Origin: Cyanobacteriota bacterium
GTDB taxonomy: Bacteria > Cyanobacteriota > Cyanobacteriia > Cyanobacteriales > Nostocaceae
Direction: 5' to 3'
Assembly: GCA_046045965.1 (NCBI GenBank)
Contig: JBJOKS010000010.1
Coordinates: 64,001-128,000, forward strand
Length of the DNA stretch: 64,000 nucleotides
Below, in pieces: positions 29,788 to 39,913 of this stretch. The translations under genes and the position numbers were made by a program. Position 1 is the first letter of the stretch. The number at the start of each line of letters is the position of its first letter. A model generated the notes under the pieces. The model made no database searches and was not told where the DNA came from. It worked only from the letters and a program-made list of their open reading frames with translations.

Positions 29788-32178
29788 ATGACCACCGCAC
29801 AAAGTCCCTTTTCTCCCCAAGAAATAGCCTCAGAAGGCATAAAACCCGAAGAATATACCGAAATTGTCCGCCGCTTAGGCCGTCATCCCAACAAAGCCGA
29901 ATTAGGTATGTTTGGGGTGATGTGGTCAGAACATTGCTGTTATAAAAATTCCCGTCCTTTACTCAAACAGTTTCCCACCACAGGACCCCGCATCCTCGTT
30001 GGACCCGGTGAAAATGCAGGTGTTGTGGATATCGGCGACGGACTACAATTAGCGTTTAAAATAGAATCCCACAACCACCCCTCAGCCGTTGAACCCTTCC
30101 AAGGTGCTGCTACAGGTGTGGGAGGTATATTAAGAGATATATTCACAATGGGGGCGCGTCCCATTGCTTTATTAAATTCTTTGCGCTTTGGTGATTTAGA
30201 TGATCCGAAAACCCAAAGATTATTTACAGGCGTTGTAGCGGGAATCTCCCATTATGGTAATTGCGTCGGTGTTCCCACTGTAGGCGGTGAAGTCTATTTT
30301 AACCCTGCTTATTCGGGGAATCCCTTAGTCAACGTCATGGCACTGGGATTAATGGAAACACCAGAAATCGTCAAATCTGGCGCTTCTGGTATTGGTAATC
30401 CTGTGTTATATGTCGGTTCTACCACCGGACGGGATGGCATGGGAGGCGCGAGTTTTGCCAGTGCAGAATTAACAGATGAGTCAATGGATAACCGTCCTGC
30501 GGTGCAAGTGGGAGATCCATTTTTAGAAAAGTCCTTAATTGAAGCTTGTTTAGAGGCATTTAAAACCGGGGCTGTAGTTGCGGCGCAAGATATGGGTGCT
30601 GCTGGTATAACTTGTTCTACTTCAGAAATGGCTGCTAAAGGCGGCGTAGGTGTTGAATTTGACCTAGATAAAATTCCTGCCCGTGAGTTAGGAATGATAC
30701 CCTATGAATACCTGCTTTCGGAATCTCAAGAAAGAATGTTGTTTGTTGCCCATAAGGGACGAGAACAGGAATTAATTGATATTTTCCACCGTTGGGGACT
30801 GCAAGCGGTGGTTGCGGGTACGGTTATTGAAGAAACCATTGTCAGAATTTTGTTTAAAGGGGAAATTGCCGCAGAAATACCCGCTGATGCTTTGGCAGAA
30901 AATACACCTTTGTATGAACGGGAACTATTAGCAGAACCTCCTGAATATGCCCAAATAGCTTGGCAATGGACATCTGATAGTTTACCTCCCTGTAATGCTA
31001 CGGGTATTGAAATCGGTGGTAAGTTGCAAATCTGGCAGGATATTTTATTAACTTTGCTAGGTACACCTACCATTGCTTCTAAAAGCTGGGTTTATCGCCA
31101 ATATGACCATCAAGTGCAGAATAACACCGTATTATTACCCGGTGGTGCCGATGCTGCTGTTGTGCGTTTACGTCCTTTAAATTCTTACCCAGTCACCAGT
31201 TACCAGTCACCAGTCACCAGTCACCGAAGCGGTGTTGCGGCTACTGTAGATTGTAATTCTCGTTATGTTTATCTTGATCCCTATGAAGGGGCTAAGGCTG
31301 TGGTAGCTGAAGCTGCCCGGAATCTAAGCTGTGTGGGCGCACAACCCTTGGCTGTGACGGATAACCTCAATTTTGGTAGTCCAGAAAAACCGATTGGTTA
31401 TTGGCAGTTAGCGTCCGCTTGTCGGGGTTTGAGTGAAGGGTGCAAGGAATTATCAACCCCTGTTACGGGTGGAAATGTTTCTTTGTATAATGAAACTTTT
31501 GATGATCAGGGAAATCCTCAGCCAATTTATCCGACTCCTGTTGTGGGAATGGTTGGTTTAATTGAAGATTTGGATAAAATTTGTGGTCAAGGTTGGAAAA
31601 ATGCAGGTGATGTAATTTACCTATTAGGCGTAGCAGTTCAATCCAAAATCGAAAATCCAAAATCTAAAATTGAATTGGGTGCGTCTGAATATTTGGCAAC
31701 GATTCATAATACTGTTGCTGGAAGACCACCAAGGGTTGATTTTGAATTAGAACGTACTGTACAACAGGTTTGTCGTGAGGGTATTCGTTCTGGTTGGGTG
31801 TGTTCTGCCCATGATACTGCTGAAGGTGGTTTAACGGTGGCTTTGGCAGAATGTTGTTTAAGTGGCAACTTGGGAGCAGAAGTTAATTTAGGAATCTCCG
31901 CAGATCATGATACACGCTTTGATGAAGTGTTGTTTGGTGAAGGTGGAGCGAGAATTTTGGTTTCTGTAAGTGAGGAAAATCAGGAAAAATGGGAATCCTA
32001 TTTACAGGAGCATCTAGGAGAAAATTGGCAAAGGTTAGGTGTAGTTGCTAACTTGGAAACAGGTTTAATGGTTTGTACCACTGATAATCAAGAAATCATT
32101 AAAGTTAGCATTGCCGACATGAGCAACGTCTATGATCAGGCGATCGCTCAACGTCTCGCTCTCTATGCCAATACATGA
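29788..32178 (+). CDS. purL: FGAM synthase subunit PurL
   Basis: [21 protein letters not shown]. Confidence 0.97.
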   Translation: MTTAQSPFSPQEIASEGIKPEEYTEIVRRLGRHPNKAELGMFGVMWSEHCCYKNSRPLLKQFPTTGPRILVGPGENAGVVDIGDGLQLAFKIESHNHPSAVEPFQGAATGVGGILRDIFTMGARPIALLNSLRFGDLDDPKTQRLFTGVVAGISHYGNCVGVPTVGGEVYFNPAYSGNPLVNVMALGLMETPEIVKSGASGIGNPVLYVGSTTGRDGMGGASFASAELTDESMDNRPAVQVGDPFLEKSLIEACLEAFKTGAVVAAQDMGAAGITCSTSEMAAKGGVGVEFDLDKIPARELGMIPYEYLLSESQERMLFVAHKGREQELIDIFHRWGLQAVVAGTVIEETIVRILFKGEIAAEIPADALAENTPLYERELLAEPPEYAQIAWQWTSDSLPPCNATGIEIGGKLQIWQDILLTLLGTPTIASKSWVYRQYDHQVQNNTVLLPGGADAAVVRLRPLNSYPVTSYQSPVTSHRSGVAATVDCNSRYVYLDPYEGAKAVVAEAARNLSCVGAQPLAVTDNLNFGSPEKPIGYWQLASACRGLSEGCKELSTPVTGGNVSLYNETFDDQGNPQPIYPTPVVGMVGLIEDLDKICGQGWKNAGDVIYLLGVAVQSKIENPKSKIELGASEYLATIHNTVAGRPPRVDFELERTVQQVCREGIRSGWVCSAHDTAEGGLTVALAECCLSGNLGAEVNLGISADHDTRFDEVLFGEGGARILVSVSEENQEKWESYLQEHLGENWQRLGVVANLETGLMVCTTDNQEIIKVSIADMSNVYDQAIAQRLALYANT

Positions 32179-32422
32179 ACAGGATGAAAGTCAAGAATCT
32201 AACATGAAAATTTACAATTCATCCTCCATCCTTGACCAATTTGCGGTACTGTTTTAATGGATGGTTAAAGATTTGTTAAGAGGCAGGAGGCAGAAGGCAG
32301 GAGGCAGAAGGCAGGAGGCAGAAGGCAGAAAGTAATATATTATTCTCCCCATCTCCCCTGCTCCCCACCTCCCCACCTCCCCAGTCCCCAGTTACGACAC
32401 CCCACCAGGAGCAAAAACCAGC

Positions 32423-33901
32423 ATGATTCCCCAGCATTCCGTCACTTCTGATCAATCTATCAACATGATTGAAAATCGCGCTGACAAGCCAGAAGAAGCT
32501 TGTGGTGTTTTTGGTATCTATGCACCAGAACAAGATGTAGCAAAAATGGCATACTTTGGATTATATGCCCTGCAACATCGGGGTCAAGAATCTGCTGGTA
32601 TTGCTACCTTTGAGGGAACGCACGTACACCAGCATAAAGATATGGGCTTGGTGTCTCAAGTATTCAGTGAAGCTATTTTAGAAGATTTACCTGGTAATAT
32701 TGCGGTTGGTCACACTCGTTATTCTACTACTGGTTCTAGTCGCAAAGCTAACGCTCAACCAGCAGTTGTGGAAACTCGTTTAGGTCATTTGGCACTTGCA
32801 CATAATGGTAATTTAGTCAATACCATCCAATTGCGGGAAGAATTACTAAAGACTAATGTTCACCTAGTCACAAGTACAGATTCAGAAATGATTGCCTATG
32901 CGATCGCAGAAGAAGTCAATGCTGGTGCAGACTGGTTAGAAGGTGCGATTCGTGCTTTTCACCGCTGTCAAGGTGCATTTAGTTTAGTGATAGGCACACC
33001 TGATGGTATCATGGGAGCGCGTGACCCTAACGGCATTCGTCCCTTGGTCATCGGCACTTTAGACAGTGATCCAGTTCGTTATGTACTCGCTTCTGAAACC
33101 TGCGGTTTAGATATTATCGGTGCTGAATATCTGCGGGATGTGGAACCAGGTGAGTTAGTTTGGATTACTGAAAAAGGTTTAAAATCAATTGCTTGGAATC
33201 AAAAGTATCAGCGCAAATTGTGTATCTTTGAAATGATCTACTTTGCTCGTCCTGATAGTTTGATGCACAATGAAACATTATATAGCTATCGGATGCGATT
33301 AGGACGGAGATTGGCAGAAGAATCACCCATAGAAGCAGATTTAGTATTTGGTGTACCTGATTCTGGCATACCTGCGGCCATTGGTTTTTCCCAAGCATCA
33401 GGTATAGCTTATGGTGAAGGCTTGATTAAAAATCGCTACGTCGGTAGAACTTTTATTCAACCTACCCAAAGTATGCGAGAAACGGGAATTAAAATGAAAT
33501 TGAACCCCCTGAAAGATGTATTATATGGGAAGCGGGTGGTAATAATTGATGATTCCATCGTCCGGGGAACTACTAGCAGAAAACTGGTAAAAGCATTACG
33601 TGATGCGGGTGCTGCGGAAGTACACATGAGAATTTCTTCACCTCCTGTCACCCATCCTTGTTTTTATGGTATTGATACAGATACCCAAGATCAACTAATT
33701 GCTGCTACTAAGTCAGTTGAACAGATAGCGAAGCAATTGGAAGTTGATACTCTTGCTTATTTGAGTTGGGAAGGAATGCTGGAAACAACCAGAGAAGATA
33801 CTAATAGTTTCTGTTCTGCTTGTTTTACTGGTGATTATCCTGTAGCTATTCCTGAACAAGTAAAGCGTTCTAAATTGATGTTGGAAAAAGCTGTAGTTTA
33901 G
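32423..33901 (+). CDS. purF: Amidophosphoribosyltransferase
   Basis: EACGVFG, LQHRGQE, IDDSIVRGTT. Confidence 0.97.
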   Translation: MIPQHSVTSDQSINMIENRADKPEEACGVFGIYAPEQDVAKMAYFGLYALQHRGQESAGIATFEGTHVHQHKDMGLVSQVFSEAILEDLPGNIAVGHTRYSTTGSSRKANAQPAVVETRLGHLALAHNGNLVNTIQLREELLKTNVHLVTSTDSEMIAYAIAEEVNAGADWLEGAIRAFHRCQGAFSLVIGTPDGIMGARDPNGIRPLVIGTLDSDPVRYVLASETCGLDIIGAEYLRDVEPGELVWITEKGLKSIAWNQKYQRKLCIFEMIYFARPDSLMHNETLYSYRMRLGRRLAEESPIEADLVFGVPDSGIPAAIGFSQASGIAYGEGLIKNRYVGRTFIQPTQSMRETGIKMKLNPLKDVLYGKRVVIIDDSIVRGTTSRKLVKALRDAGAAEVHMRISSPPVTHPCFYGIDTDTQDQLIAATKSVEQIAKQLEVDTLAYLSWEGMLETTREDTNSFCSACFTGDYPVAIPEQVKRSKLMLEKAVV

Positions 33902-34100
33902 ATAATTGTATCATCTTGTGGGGTGGGCATCTTGCCCGCCTTAATCTTGTATTGTCAGAATCAGAATTTATTCAGCATATTTCAGGATGATAATGGCAGA
34001 ATTTCAGGAAATATCAGAGTTTATGCTGTATGTATAAGAAATATTTTCGATTATCCTAGCTATAGAGGGTTTTCGAGCAATTTCAGGGGAAATACCAAAA

Positions 34101-34637
34101 ATGAATGTTTTTAATAAAATAGGTATTGCTGCAATATCGGGAATGATGTTTTTAACAGTTCCATCCGTAGCTACAGCTAATGATCCCGGTGGTTGTTTTA
34201 TGGTGACATCATCCGGTAAAACTGTCAGTTTGGGATCTCTCTGCGGAATAACACCACCACCATCAACTCCCAAGGTTTTTAGAGTACCTATTAAGCGTCG
34301 TCTTGGTAAGACTCCAGTGATAGATGTGAATTTTAACGGTAGTCAAGCTTTTGAAATGGTGCTTGATACTGGTGCTTCTGGTATTTTAATTACTCAAGAA
34401 GCGGCTACAGCACTGAAACTCAAACCTTCGGGAATAATAAAAGCTAGTATTGCTGATGGTAGCATAGTAGAATTTAAAACTAGCAATGTCCTGACCATTA
34501 CTGTTGGCGGTGCAGTTCTGAATAATGCTAAAGTTGCGATCGCTCCCAAAGCGAATATTGGTTTGCTAGGCCACGATTTTTTTGAGAAATATGATATTAA
34601 AATCCTAGAAAAGCAAGTTGAATTTTACCCGCGTTAA
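34101..34637 (+). CDS. Secreted retropepsin-like aspartic protease
   Basis: Signal peptide, LDTGAS, GLLGHDFF. Confidence 0.88.
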   Translation: MNVFNKIGIAAISGMMFLTVPSVATANDPGGCFMVTSSGKTVSLGSLCGITPPPSTPKVFRVPIKRRLGKTPVIDVNFNGSQAFEMVLDTGASGILITQEAATALKLKPSGIIKASIADGSIVEFKTSNVLTITVGGAVLNNAKVAIAPKANIGLLGHDFFEKYDIKILEKQVEFYPR

Positions 34638-34711
34638 TACAGTTTACATCTGGATAAAAATATTTACACCCTGGCTATTTAAACCAGGAGTATAAAAATT
34701 TATATACCCAA

Positions 34712-35398
34712 TTACAAACGTTGTAGCAAATTTAAGCCATGAGTGTCAGTTCCACAGGTGTTAAGTAAACCATATTCTGCCGCTAACATTTGCACTTCTT
34801 CTGTTTCCACTGCACAGGGTTTCCAAGGGTTAGGATTTTTATAAGCGTAGAAAGCCTCAACCCCATCAATACCATATTCAGCTGCTTTGGGAATTAAATC
34901 AAAGTGCGATCGCCGATAACGTGCTGGATGAGCAAGTACAGCTAGTCCCCCAGCGTCATGAATAGCTGCAATGACGTTAGCAGCTTGATAATCTTTACCC
35001 GTAGTTACTTTTCTTTGTAGATAAACTTTGATACTGGAGTTTTCTATTTCAAAACCATAAGCCAAAATATGAACTTCTACATCCAATAAGTTGGCATTAA
35101 TTTCTACACCACTCCATAAGTGAGGAATACTGGTATCAGGATTACTCCATCTCCAGTCTTCCAACCAAGCGCGTGCTGCTTGATAACCACCAATACTATG
35201 ATGGTCAGTAATTGCCAGCCCTTTTAAACCAATAGCGATCGCCTGTTCCATGAGTATATTCGGCTGCAACTTCCCATCCGAGTATACCGTGTGCATATGA
35301 AAGTTGAAAAACCTGGGACAGCTTTGAGCATCAATGCTTTGGAATACCTGTTTTAAAAGTTCTGTGGAAGCAGTAGTCCGGGCAAAATTTACAACCAT
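34712..35398 (-). CDS. PHP-domain protein
   Basis: HMHTVYSDG, AITDHH, LAHP, GTDTH. Confidence 0.9.
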   Translation of the reverse strand: MVVNFARTTASTELLKQVFQSIDAQSCPRFFNFHMHTVYSDGKLQPNILMEQAIAIGLKGLAITDHHSIGGYQAARAWLEDWRWSNPDTSIPHLWSGVEINANLLDVEVHILAYGFEIENSSIKVYLQRKVTTGKDYQAANVIAAIHDAGGLAVLAHPARYRRSHFDLIPKAAEYGIDGVEAFYAYKNPNPWKPCAVETEEVQMLAAEYGLLNTCGTDTHGLNLLQRL

Positions 35399-35724
35399 AA
35401 CCCCCTCTGAACAATAATATGCGATTCTGAATAAACCTACACGCCACACTTAGAAATGAAAAATTGGCCGCTACCTTCTCAGCTACAGTAATGATTTTTT
35501 TGAGATTTGTTAAAACTACGTTAGCAAATCTCAATGCTCATGGTCATGAGTATTTTTGATTACTTCTATAAAGAAAGTCTAAATTTTTGCCTAATTTTTT
35601 ATAAATACTGATATCATTTTAGCTTCAAATTTGCCAAAAAGTTGGGCTTGAGCAGAATTATTGCTTCTACCCAGCCTAAAACCATGCCCAACATAGGCTG
35701 TAATGTTTACTTTTGACTAAAGCT

Positions 35725-36753
35725 CTAAGTAATAAGACCTAATAATTCACCACTTCCTGTCACAACTTCACCAATTGCATAAGCGGGAATATTCTGTGAT
35801 TGAAAATGATTAATCGCTTGTTCCGCCTGATGAGGTGGTAATATGATCACAAATCCAACACCCATATTAAAAGTATTATACATAGCTTCAGCACCGACAG
35901 AACCTGCTTGAGCTAACCATTGAAACACAGGAGGAATATTCCAACTACCAGGATGAATTTTAATAGCTTGACCTGTTCCCAGACATCGGGGTAAATTTTC
36001 TGGTAAACCCCCACCGGTAATATGTGCCATACCGTGAACTTCTAAACCGGTTTTTAGGGCAGCTAACACAGATTTAACATAAATGCGGGTAGGAGTGAGA
36101 AAAGCTGTACCAATAGTTTCCCCATTTAATAATTCTGGGGTGTCATCCCAAGAAAAACCGCCATCACTAACAATTTTTCTCACCAAACTCACACCATTAC
36201 TGTGAATACCTGCACTAGCTAAACCTATAGCTACATCCCCCACTTGCACCTGAGAACCATCCAACATCCGGCTTTTTTCAACTATTCCCACACAAAAACC
36301 GGCTAAGTCATATTCACCGACTTGGTAAAAACCAGGCATTTCGGCGGTTTCTCCGCCCAATAAAGCCGCACCAGCTAGTTTACAACCTGTAGCTATTCCT
36401 GTCACTACCTGAGTTAACTGCTCTTTATCCAGCTTACCCGTAGCTACATAATCGAGAAAAAACAGCGGTTCTGCTCCCGATGTTAGCACATCATTAACAC
36501 ACATCGCCACTAAATCAATACCTACAGTGTCATGGCGGTTGAGAATTTGAGCAATTTTTAGCTTTGTACCCACACCATCTGTACCAGATACCAAAACGGG
36601 TTCTTGATAACCTGTAGGCAGTTGAAAACAGCCCCCAAAGCCACCTAAACCACCCAATACTTCTGATCTGAAGGTACTATGAACCAAATTGCGAATTTGG
36701 TCTACAAAAGCTCTACCTGCTTCAACATCAACACCTGCATCCCGATAATCCAT
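35725..36753 (-). CDS. purM: AIR synthase
   Basis: [24 protein letters not shown]. Confidence 0.97.
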   Translation of the reverse strand: MDYRDAGVDVEAGRAFVDQIRNLVHSTFRSEVLGGLGGFGGCFQLPTGYQEPVLVSGTDGVGTKLKIAQILNRHDTVGIDLVAMCVNDVLTSGAEPLFFLDYVATGKLDKEQLTQVVTGIATGCKLAGAALLGGETAEMPGFYQVGEYDLAGFCVGIVEKSRMLDGSQVQVGDVAIGLASAGIHSNGVSLVRKIVSDGGFSWDDTPELLNGETIGTAFLTPTRIYVKSVLAALKTGLEVHGMAHITGGGLPENLPRCLGTGQAIKIHPGSWNIPPVFQWLAQAGSVGAEAMYNTFNMGVGFVIILPPHQAEQAINHFQSQNIPAYAIGEVVTGSGELLGLIT

Positions 36754-36924
36754 GACTCTATTACACCGTTATCATTCTTTTTTCAACCCCGTTTATTATA
36801 GGGTAATTGGTAATTGGTAATTGGTAATTGGTAATTGGGAAACATACAAATAACTTCCCCCTGCTCCCTGCTCCCTGCTAGAAAGCTCCCCTGCTTCTTC
36901 CCCAGTCACCAGTCACCAGTCACC

Positions 36925-37131
36925 TTAAAAAACCTGATCTTCTATTCCCTGCCACCATTCTCCTAAATTCATTAAATCTTGGTGAATATCTGCTAATTCT
37001 TCCTCGTAAGCTTCCGGTGACATTGTATCTCGTCGTTCTTGTAGTTTTTTCAGGCGCAGTTGTCCCAATAACCAAGGTTTAGAAATACTATCTGTAGCTT
37101 CTAGATATTGTGCTAATTCCTGACTATCCAT
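36925..37131 (-). CDS. Small conserved hypothetical protein
   Basis: 68 aa, KPWLL..LRLKKLQE..LGEWW. Confidence 0.65.
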   Translation of the reverse strand: MDSQELAQYLEATDSISKPWLLGQLRLKKLQERRDTMSPEAYEEELADIHQDLMNLGEWWQGIEDQVF

Positions 37132-37249
37132 AAAATTTAAAGTTATTTTATATTTTATTATAAATCAAAACTTACGAATTACGAATAGAGGCAGAAGCTC
37201 TCGAATTTAAATTTTGAATTTCGACTTGATTGATTCCCTGTTCCCTGTT

Positions 37250-38713
37250 TTACGAATTAACTTGTAATTCATAAATAGCGATTGGTTCATCTTTACCTTT
37301 AACTTTAACAGATTTATCTATCAGGTTCAATTTAAATAGTTCGGGATTAGATAAACTTTTAACTACAGATTCTGTAACTAAAATACCACAATTATATTGT
37401 TTTGTTAATCCCTCAATGCGGGAAGCAACATTGACTGCATCACCAATAACTGTAGAATCCATGCGGGAAGTAAAACCCACAGTACCCATAACTACTGTAC
37501 CACGATGAATGCCAATACCAACAGAAATTATTGGTAGCCCTTTTTGAGAACGATCATAATTAAACAGTTCTAAAACCTGCTGCATTAAAATTGCTGCTTT
37601 TAAAGCTGAGTCTGTAGCTTCATCGTCAAACAGCGCCATAATAGCATCGCCTATATATTTATCAATAAAACCACCATATTCATCTATAGCTTTTCCCATG
37701 CAAGCTAAATAGTCATTTAAAAATAAAAAAATTTCTATCGGTGTCATTGCTTCTGACATGGAAGTATAACCGCGAATGTCACAGAATAAAATTGTCATTT
37801 TCCGGGTTGAAGCCATACCTACTTCAATGTTTTCTATTCCGTCAGGAGCGATGACAGAAACAAATTTATCGGGAACAAATTTTTCAAATGATGCTAATGT
37901 TTTTTGCAATTTACTAAATGATATTTGTAATGCTGCGGACATTTCGTTGACAGAAGTTGCTAATGCGCCAATTTCATCTGCACGATGATGAATATCTGCA
38001 CGATGTTGTAAATCTCCATCGGCAATTTTCGCCACACTCATTTGTAAACGCTGCACGGGAACACTTAATTGGCGTGCTAAAATATATGCACAAATCCAAC
38101 CAAAAGTTAATCCTATAGAACCTACTATTAAAGCTTGATTCACTGCATTATTAACTGCAATATTGACTTTGTTTAATGATATGCCGATTCTTAATTTACC
38201 GAGTTTTTTATCAGATAGAGTGCGAATATCTGAAGCTACTTCTAGTATCGGTTCTCCCCGCTTTCCCCGCAATTTGTTCGCAAAATAAATATCACGGAGG
38301 AGAAATGTTTCGGCTATTTGAGTAGGTTGTTTGGTTTTGAGGACATTGTTTGTTATATCTAAGGGTACAATATCAGGAATATAATTGTTTTGAAATTCAC
38401 TAGGAGAAGCGGCAACTATTTGATGATCTTCAGATGAATCTGATATCATCACATAGACAATTTCTTTGTTTTCTCGCATTAATAAATCTAAATTTAACCG
38501 AATTTGACTCCAATTCTCTTCGGAAAATTCGTTAGAATAAGTATAACTTAAAATATTAGATATGATTTTTGCATCATTGAGTTTTTCTTGACGGTAAAGA
38601 GTGCTTTCACTTTTTGCCCAAACGGTAACTATAGCAGCAACTAAACCCAGAATTAGTAAGGTGGTAGAAGTCAAAATTTGGGTGCGAATAGAACGAAAAG
38701 TTAATATTTTCAT
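37250..38713 (-). CDS. Membrane class III adenylate cyclase (TM-extracytoplasmic sensor-TM-HAMP-cyclase)
   Basis: ILFCDIRGYT, DKYIGDAIM, DSTVIGDAVNVASRIEG (Lys/Asp adenine-specificity residues); HAMP RADEIGALA. Confidence 0.9.
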   Translation of the reverse strand: MKILTFRSIRTQILTSTTLLILGLVAAIVTVWAKSESTLYRQEKLNDAKIISNILSYTYSNEFSEENWSQIRLNLDLLMRENKEIVYVMISDSSEDHQIVAASPSEFQNNYIPDIVPLDITNNVLKTKQPTQIAETFLLRDIYFANKLRGKRGEPILEVASDIRTLSDKKLGKLRIGISLNKVNIAVNNAVNQALIVGSIGLTFGWICAYILARQLSVPVQRLQMSVAKIADGDLQHRADIHHRADEIGALATSVNEMSAALQISFSKLQKTLASFEKFVPDKFVSVIAPDGIENIEVGMASTRKMTILFCDIRGYTSMSEAMTPIEIFLFLNDYLACMGKAIDEYGGFIDKYIGDAIMALFDDEATDSALKAAILMQQVLELFNYDRSQKGLPIISVGIGIHRGTVVMGTVGFTSRMDSTVIGDAVNVASRIEGLTKQYNCGILVTESVVKSLSNPELFKLNLIDKSVKVKGKDEPIAIYELQVNS

Positions 38714-39735
38714 GGTTGTGGAATTAACTCTTCTACAAAAGTCACCCATCGTTGATTTTTGGTTTTACTGGAACAATTATCACCAAAGGCCAATGTGACA
38801 GGACCCCCCATTTTTGCCGTAATTCTTTGTTTTTCTTCTCCCCATCTAGTAGCTAAAATGATATCACAATTAAGTATATCTTCTGTTGGTAGTTCTATCG
38901 GTTGATCGTTTTTCCGATAAGCTGGTGGTTTACCACGCACGATGACAGAATTATTAGAGTTTAAGTTGACACCTGCTAAAGAGAGAACATCACGCAGTCT
39001 CACACCCTGTAAGTTCACTTTACCACTCGGCCACCACACCCGATAACCAACATTTTGCGTCAGGGTAACTTGGGGTAATTTGTCTAAATCAGCTAAATTA
39101 AGTTCACGATCGCCTATTGTCACGTTGGCTTTTTCTGTGCCAAATATGACATGAGTTACATAAAATGCCCACATTCCCTCATTATACTTGCTTCTAATTT
39201 CTGGATGCTGAGTGTAGGGAAAGACTAAATAAAGCGGTCCTCCTTCATTGCGTAGAATTGGTTTACCATCTTTGGCAACTGCTAAAATAATTGGGTACTT
39301 GAGTAAATCTTCTACTTTGATAGTTACTTGATAAGCGTCATAACAAACAAAGGTAATTTCCGTGACACCGCTTTGAATAGCAAATTTTTCTAATAGTGAA
39401 TTTATGTTTATTCCCGTAAATTTAAATACTTTATTGGGGGTGACAATGTTATTAGCATCAACAGTGTTGATATTTACTGTAGCTAATTCCTGTAACTGTT
39501 TCCAAGTTAATGTTTCGGTTTTCCCTGTTGCTGTCTGACCTTGTATAACTAAATTCCATTCAGCTTGCTGGTTGTTTTTGGCTTTTTGTGCCACAATTTC
39601 AGCATTGCGATCGCTTGCTTCTTTACGCAATAATTCCAATTCATTATCTGTCGGTCTTTTTGTACAACCTCCCAAGCAGACCATAGCTATACCCAAAGAT
39701 ACTAAAGCTAAGTTTTTCCAGACTTTCAATATCAC
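38710..39735 (-). CDS. Lipoprotein with two SUOX/oxidoreductase-molybdopterin-like (PruR-like) domains
   Basis: Lipobox LGGC; repeats FTGI..LL..DAY..IILA..DG..GGPLYLVFP and LQGV.LRDVL..IILA..GGPVTLAF; GTG start inferred; ATGA overlap with the cyclase. Confidence 0.75.
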   Translation of the reverse strand: MILKVWKNLALVSLGIAMVCLGGCTKRPTDNELELLRKEASDRNAEIVAQKAKNNQQAEWNLVIQGQTATGKTETLTWKQLQELATVNINTVDANNIVTPNKVFKFTGININSLLEKFAIQSGVTEITFVCYDAYQVTIKVEDLLKYPIILAVAKDGKPILRNEGGPLYLVFPYTQHPEIRSKYNEGMWAFYVTHVIFGTEKANVTIGDRELNLADLDKLPQVTLTQNVGYRVWWPSGKVNLQGVRLRDVLSLAGVNLNSNNSVIVRGKPPAYRKNDQPIELPTEDILNCDIILATRWGEEKQRITAKMGGPVTLAFGDNCSSKTKNQRWVTFVEELIPQP

Positions 39736-39848
39736 CACATTCCAAACTATTATTTGAGACGGTTTACACAAATTGGGACTGGTGACTGGTGACTGGTGAC
39801 TGGTGACTGGGGAGAATAAGATATTACTTCTTGCCTCCTGCCTTCTGC

Positions 39849-39885
<37 letters not shown>

Positions 39886-39913
39886 AATAACATCTAATTT
39901 ACTAGCAACTTTT

